In this document: positions 27,732 to 32,248 of the stretch, piece after piece
How positions within the stretch are numbered: the stretch's first letter is position 1
Layout of the letters: each line of letters starts with the position of its first letter
Assembly (NCBI GenBank): GCA_044228315.1
Contig: JBGAVF010000001.1
Span: 1-32,248 of the forward strand
Direction of reading: 5' to 3'
Origin: Bacteroidia bacterium
Lineage (GTDB): Bacteria; Bacteroidota; Bacteroidia; UKL13-3
Length of the DNA stretch: 32,248 nucleotides
Translations under genes and position numbers: made by a program
The notes under the pieces: model-generated
Told to the model about the DNA's origin: nothing
The model's database searches: none
What the model saw: only the letters and a program-made list of their open reading frames with translations

Positions 27732-27848
27732 TCACCCCAAACTATTTACAAACTAATGAATCAAAGTTTACTTTCTTTTCAGAAAGGTGACAAACTGCCT
27801 TCTGTATTGGCCGTTTCTTCTTGCAAACAATCTCCTAATCTTTTTTAT

Positions 27849-30800
27849 ATGAACTTAGCTTTACATTCTGTAGCTTTTGCTGCACGTACATTTAGCCAGT
27901 CCGGCCTGCGCCGGCTTTTCCTCCTGCTTGCAGGATTTTTATTGTACATCACACCTGTGACATCTCAAACGGTGGTGACATTTAATTACACAGGTGCGGT
28001 GCAATCGTATTCCGTTCCTGCAGGTGTAACTTCCATAGTGATGGAAGTATGGGGAGGAAAAGGAGGGACCTCAGTAGGAGGGAACGGGGCGTATTTGAAG
28101 GTGAATGTACCTGTTGCTCCCCTTTCCACGCTGGATGTTTACCCGGGCAATCAGGGGAACGCAATATTTTTTAGTGGCTTATGCGGAGGCGGGGGTGAGG
28201 CATCTTATGTAGGTGTAGGTGGAACGCCACTAATCATAGCTGCCGGCGGAGGCGGAGGTGTTGATTATGGCGGTACAACGTTTGCAGGTGGTGCGGGTAA
28301 TATTGGAACAAATCCAATCAATGGAAGCAGATCGAATGTCTCATTTGGCTGGGGAGCACCCGGTGCAGGTGGCAATGGAGGCGGTGCCGGAGCGGGAGCA
28401 TGGGGTACAGGAGGTGGTGGTGGATGGTCGTCTGCCGGAGCGAACGGAGGGGGTACCTCAGGCGGTGCGTTTCGGGGAAAACCTAGTGGTCCACGCGATT
28501 TTGCAGCCGGAGCAGGTGGTGGATTTAATGGAGGAGGGGGTACTGATATGGATGGTGGCTGGGGAATTGCTGGCGGTGCCGGAGGTGGATCATTTGTTAC
28601 AGGAACACCTATTACATTAACCACCGGAGGAAATCCGGGTATTGGTAAAATTGTATTCACCATACCATGTCCAACCGTTGGAACTTTAAGTTTAAGTACC
28701 AGTGGAGTTTGTAATGGACAAAGTGTTACCTTGAATTGTACCGTTGGAAATGCTGATGCAGGTACCAGTTATTACTATTCACTTGATAACGGCGCTTCCT
28801 ATACTTTTATAAGTACCGGTGCTACTTCGCCTTTCCCATATATTATTACACCACCCGTTGGTTCTCACAATGTTCGTATTAAGGTAACCAGCTCATGTAC
28901 TGATATTATATCGAATGCTGTTGCATTGACCGTTTCACCAATTGCTATTGGCGGAACAGCTACAGTAAATAATGCCACTTCATGCAGTGGTACCAATTAT
29001 ACGCTAACCTTAACCAGTGCCAGTGTTGGTTCTACATATCAGTGGGAGATATCCAACGATGGAGGTGCTACCTGGGCCAATGCCACGGGAGCCGGAAATA
29101 ACGGCACCTACAGCAGTTCCCCGCAATCGTATACAACCAATCAAACTCCGGGAACCTATCAGTACCGGGCCAAGGTAACCAACGGAAGTTGTGATGTGTA
29201 TTCCAACCCGGTATCGGTAACTATAAAAACGGCACCTACTGCTTTAACTTCCATAACGCCGAATAAAACAGCGGTATGCAGCGGAGATACAGTAGACTAC
29301 GCCTATAATCTGGGTACATATAATAGCCTGTTTACCTATGAAATCAGTTTTGATAACGGAGGAAGCTGGCAAACACTGGGTGCTACAGGCGCCACAGGAA
29401 ATGTGGCCCATGCATACAATGTAAGTGCTACTACCGTTCCAACGGTCATCATCCGTGCATCCAATGCACCGTGCACACCGCAAACTATTTCCAACAGCAC
29501 AGTTACAGTTTCGCCGGCATTAACAGCCGGTACCACTACTGTTGATTCTGCAATTGTATGTGAGGGAAATAATTTTACTCTTACTTATTCCGGTTCAGCT
29601 GGATCCATTCAATGGCAGCAATCGGTAAATGGCGGAGCTACATGGACGAATTCACCATCAACCGTCACATTCAGTCAGCCATTTGTTGGAGGAAGTGCAC
29701 CAAGTGGAGCTGTTATTGCCGCCTGGAATGCATTTCGTGCCAATTTGGTGAATACCAACACGTACACCGGTTTTACCATTAAAAGTTCTTTGGACCCGGT
29801 GGGTTATACATGTACGAATGCCGCCATTGCTCAGGCTATGGCCAATGCGATCAATACAAATACGCTTACCGGTTATTCGGGTAGCTCGGATGGGCATATC
29901 TGGTACTACAAGCAGTGGCCCGGTGGTCTGCAAGGATGGTTTTTTGAAGTTGACGCGCAGTTCGCTTGTGCTGCAGCTGCGGCTATTCGTCCGGAGGTTG
30001 GCAATGACGCCTGGGGTGGTGTTGGCGGTTCAGGTCCTGGGGCTTCATGCAATCAACCTACTCAAACGATCACGTTAATATTTAATATCGGCGGCACTGG
30101 AAGTACAACCAATCCATACACCACCACCCGTACCCCAGGGGTATATCAGTTCCGTGCACAAATTGCCAACGGAGCCTGTAACTCCTATTCAAACCCGGTT
30201 ACTGTTACCGTTAAAGATAAATTTACAGCAGTACCTACCGTAACCACAGCAGCCACGTCGGTTTGTTCCGGTTCAAGCGTGGGGTATACCGCCACATTTA
30301 CTCCTTATATATCAGGTGCCACCTATCAGGTTTCACAGGATAACGGGGTAACCTGGAGTGCACTGGCTGTGAATACAAGTCCGTATAATTTTAACCTGAC
30401 GTTAAATAATACAGGAACCTCTTCCATAACCAGCAATGTAAAAGTTCGTTGCTGGAACAATCCATGTGATACCGTTACATCATCTGCTGCATCCGTTACT
30501 GTAATTCCGGCCACTGTAGGAGGAACTGCGGTAGCAACCCCGTCATCCGTTTGTTCGGGTACCGCATTTTCATTAAATCTTACCGGTTCATTGGCTACTT
30601 CCATTGAATGGGAAGAGTCAACAAATGGCGGTGTATCATGGAATACATCTACCGGATATACCAGTTTCACCCAATCGGTTACCAAATCACCGGCAGTAAA
30701 TACGGTGTATACTTATCGGGCCCGCCTATCGGCAGGTACCTGCACCTATTACAGCAATCCGGTGACCGTGAATGTTAGTGCTAATTTTACATCAGCACCA

Positions 30801-32248
30801 TCCCTTACCGTAACGTCATCAACAACTGTTTGCACCGGAACTTCGGTTAGCTATCAGGCAACCTGGAATCCATACTTATCAGGTGCCACGTATGAGGTAT
30901 CACAGGATGGTGGTACCACCTGGAGCCCGTTATTAGTTGTTTCAGGAACTACCAACTTCACGTTGGTTGCTAATAATTCGTCTACTTCGAATATTACTAA
31001 AACCGTAGTAATTCGTTGCACCAATTCACCATGTTCTGCGCCTGCTACAGCATCCGCTGCGGTTACCGTATATCCGAATACAACCGGGGGTACGGTTTCG
31101 ATCACAGCCGCCGGCGGAAGTCCTTCGTGTAACACAGGCAATGTTGCCAGTGCCGCGGTTACCATTACATTGAATAATTACGTTGGATCCATCCTTCAGT
31201 GGGAACGCAGCAGTGATGGTACCAACTATACCAATCTTGGCTTTGCGGGTACCAATCCGATAAACGGCGTTTTGCAGAACTTTAATACCAACGGACAGCC
31301 TGAAACCAAATGGTTCCGTGCCCTGGTGCAAAGTGGCAATTGCGGAAATGTTTATTCAGCTCCTATGAGTGTAGTAGTATTGCCTACTCCACAAGCCTTT
31401 ATTTTTGGATCACCCACCATTTGCAGCGGAGCATCTGCTGCATTAACGGACAGTTTCTCCGGAAATGGAGCCACAGCGCTGTACAGGGTATTTAAAGGCG
31501 GATCATCTGTTGCGGGCACCGGAACGTTGGTGTATGGCCCATCCACCACCAACCCGGCTACTTTCCTGAGCAATTTGTCACCAACGGCTACCACTACTTA
31601 TTGGGTAGAAGTTCAAACCGCTGCCCAGTGCGACTGGGTTCGTTCTGCTACAGGAGCCACTATTACTGTGAATCCTGATCCGGTGATCAATTTCTTCTCA
31701 ACAGCTTCTACCTCATCCATCTGCTCCGGTGGTTCGGTATCGTTCAACCTGTCGTACAGCGGAACCTTCCCGAATTCCTTCTTCCAGGTGTCGAAAGACA
31801 ACGGAGCCACATGGACCAATATTACCCTGGGTGCCAGTGTGGCGAACTTCAGTTTGTCGTTCGATAACACTACTACCTCACCTATAAACTATAATGTAAG
31901 AGTACGCATTGTTACTCCATCCTGTAATACCGTTGCCGATGGTCCGATCACAATCACAGTGGCCCCACCATCCAATCCGGGTTCAGCCACATTAACTTCA
32001 TCGAGCCCGATCTGCAGTGGTGGCTCAGCCACTGTGGTACTGTCGAATTATATCGGCACCATCTCATGGGAGCGTTCCGACGATGGTATCAACTACTTTG
32101 CCCAAGGGGTTTCCTCTTCATCGATCACACAAACGTTAACCTATCCGGGGGGCGTATATTATTACCGTGCCAAGGTTACCAATGCATCATGTGCTCCGGC
32201 TTATTCGAATACTGCAACCGTCATTGTTCGTCAGCCAAGTCCGGGCAT
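27849..32248 (+). CDS. giant secreted/cell-surface protein (partial, continues beyond the window): signal peptide, glycine-rich (ALK/LTK-type Gly_rich) domain, then tandem Cys-bracketed Ig-like modules
   Basis: Frame 3 is open from the stop at 27630-27632 to the window end. The ORF is absent from the track because it has no stop here. My translation gives MNLALHSVAFAARTFSQSGLRRLFLLLAGFLLYITPVTSQ, then TVVTFNYTGAVQSYSVPAGVTSIVMEVWGGKGG..AAGGGGG..GTGGGGGW..GGAGGGSF.., then repeated ..C.G....Y.W..S.DGG.TW....Y.YRAKV.NG.C..YSNPV.V.. modules. An alternative start is ATG 27756, but that would put 52 aa ahead of the hydrophobic core. All minus-strand track ORFs in 27982..31870 are shadows. Confidence 0.85.
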   Translation, partial: MNLALHSVAFAARTFSQSGLRRLFLLLAGFLLYITPVTSQTVVTFNYTGAVQSYSVPAGVTSIVMEVWGGKGGTSVGGNGAYLKVNVPVAPLSTLDVYPGNQGNAIFFSGLCGGGGEASYVGVGGTPLIIAAGGGGGVDYGGTTFAGGAGNIGTNPINGSRSNVSFGWGAPGAGGNGGGAGAGAWGTGGGGGWSSAGANGGGTSGGAFRGKPSGPRDFAAGAGGGFNGGGGTDMDGGWGIAGGAGGGSFVTGTPITLTTGGNPGIGKIVFTIPCPTVGTLSLSTSGVCNGQSVTLNCTVGNADAGTSYYYSLDNGASYTFISTGATSPFPYIITPPVGSHNVRIKVTSSCTDIISNAVALTVSPIAIGGTATVNNATSCSGTNYTLTLTSASVGSTYQWEISNDGGATWANATGAGNNGTYSSSPQSYTTNQTPGTYQYRAKVTNGSCDVYSNPVSVTIKTAPTALTSITPNKTAVCSGDTVDYAYNLGTYNSLFTYEISFDNGGSWQTLGATGATGNVAHAYNVSATTVPTVIIRASNAPCTPQTISNSTVTVSPALTAGTTTVDSAIVCEGNNFTLTYSGSAGSIQWQQSVNGGATWTNSPSTVTFSQPFVGGSAPSGAVIAAWNAFRANLVNTNTYTGFTIKSSLDPVGYTCTNAAIAQAMANAINTNTLTGYSGSSDGHIWYYKQWPGGLQGWFFEVDAQFACAAAAAIRPEVGNDAWGGVGGSGPGASCNQPTQTITLIFNIGGTGSTTNPYTTTRTPGVYQFRAQIANGACNSYSNPVTVTVKDKFTAVPTVTTAATSVCSGSSVGYTATFTPYISGATYQVSQDNGVTWSALAVNTSPYNFNLTLNNTGTSSITSNVKVRCWNNPCDTVTSSAASVTVIPATVGGTAVATPSSVCSGTAFSLNLTGSLATSIEWEESTNGGVSWNTSTGYTSFTQSVTKSPAVNTVYTYRARLSAGTCTYYSNPVTVNVSANFTSAPSLTVTSSTTVCTGTSVSYQATWNPYLSGATYEVSQDGGTTWSPLLVVSGTTNFTLVANNSSTSNITKTVVIRCTNSPCSAPATASAAVTVYPNTTGGTVSITAAGGSPSCNTGNVASAAVTITLNNYVGSILQWERSSDGTNYTNLGFAGTNPINGVLQNFNTNGQPETKWFRALVQSGNCGNVYSAPMSVVVLPTPQAFIFGSPTICSGASAALTDSFSGNGATALYRVFKGGSSVAGTGTLVYGPSTTNPATFLSNLSPTATTTYWVEVQTAAQCDWVRSATGATITVNPDPVINFFSTASTSSICSGGSVSFNLSYSGTFPNSFFQVSKDNGATWTNITLGASVANFSLSFDNTTTSPINYNVRVRIVTPSCNTVADGPITITVAPPSNPGSATLTSSSPICSGGSATVVLSNYIGTISWERSDDGINYFAQGVSSSSITQTLTYPGGVYYYRAKVTNASCAPAYSNTATVIVRQPSPG
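28668..32248 (+). repeat. coding tandem repeat: alternating A-type and B-type ~95-aa modules (two-module period about 561-567 bp)
   Basis: A-type modules: 28668, 29229, 30216, 30780, 31677. B-type modules: 28941, 29517 (with insert), 30510, 31077, 31971. There is one odd module at 31386-31676. The copies are diverged: A3 versus A4 look roughly three-quarters identical at the DNA level by eye, and there are no long identical stretches. Confidence 0.75.

Noticed and set aside
28265-28663. A proline-rich 132-aa ORF on the minus strand (PPPPAPP..), plus the other minus-strand ORFs between 27982 and 31870.
   Set aside because: It is the reverse complement of the Gly-rich coding region (GGN codons read as NCC). 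The plus-strand frame 3 is open for more than 4.4 kb with coherent domain structure.
28668-32248. Regular ~280-290 bp periodicity that could be mistaken for a CRISPR-like or satellite array.
   Set aside because: The repeats are diverged, in-frame protein modules with no short identical repeat/spacer organisation. No CRISPR array is present anywhere in the window.

Overview
This is a chromosomal segment from a Bacteroidota-type genome. I infer the taxon from recurring TAnnTTTG -7 promoter boxes close to start codons, A-rich leaders without Shine-Dalgarno sequences, a T9SS C-terminal sorting domain and a GldN-family gene. The backbone is housekeeping: initiator tRNA-Met, era, class II ribonucleotide reductase (nrdJ), membrane pyrophosphatase (hppA), lon, mfd and dnaE. 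Between these lie a YceI-like protein, a SnoaL-like lipoprotein, an NAD(P)-binding protein, a small HExxH protein with a lipoprotein, and two GldN-like genes. Four things stand out. (1) The tRNA-Met is followed by three decayed copies of its own 3' half. Direct repeats of 43-45 nt bracket a 1.2 kb islet that holds a small Gly-zipper ORF and a broken zeta-toxin-like ATPase gene. (2) A visibly AT-rich two-gene cassette (GNAT-like protein plus an overlapping 53-aa lysine-rich protein) is wedged upstream of era. (3) Four genes are disrupted as sequenced. nrdJ has a 1-nt deletion in a G run and dnaE has an in-frame TAA. A T9SS-secreted protein gene has at least 3 frame changes, and the zeta-like gene is also broken. 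(4) An ORF of more than 1,460 codons (27849 to the window end) is absent from the ORF track because it has no stop inside the window. It encodes a signal peptide, an ALK/LTK-type glycine-rich domain and an alternating two-type array of Cys-bracketed Ig-like modules, one of which carries a nested insertion of about 150 aa that I cannot assign. I saw no CRISPR array, rRNA, transposase or integrase. All homology statements come from motif recognition by eye, not from searches.
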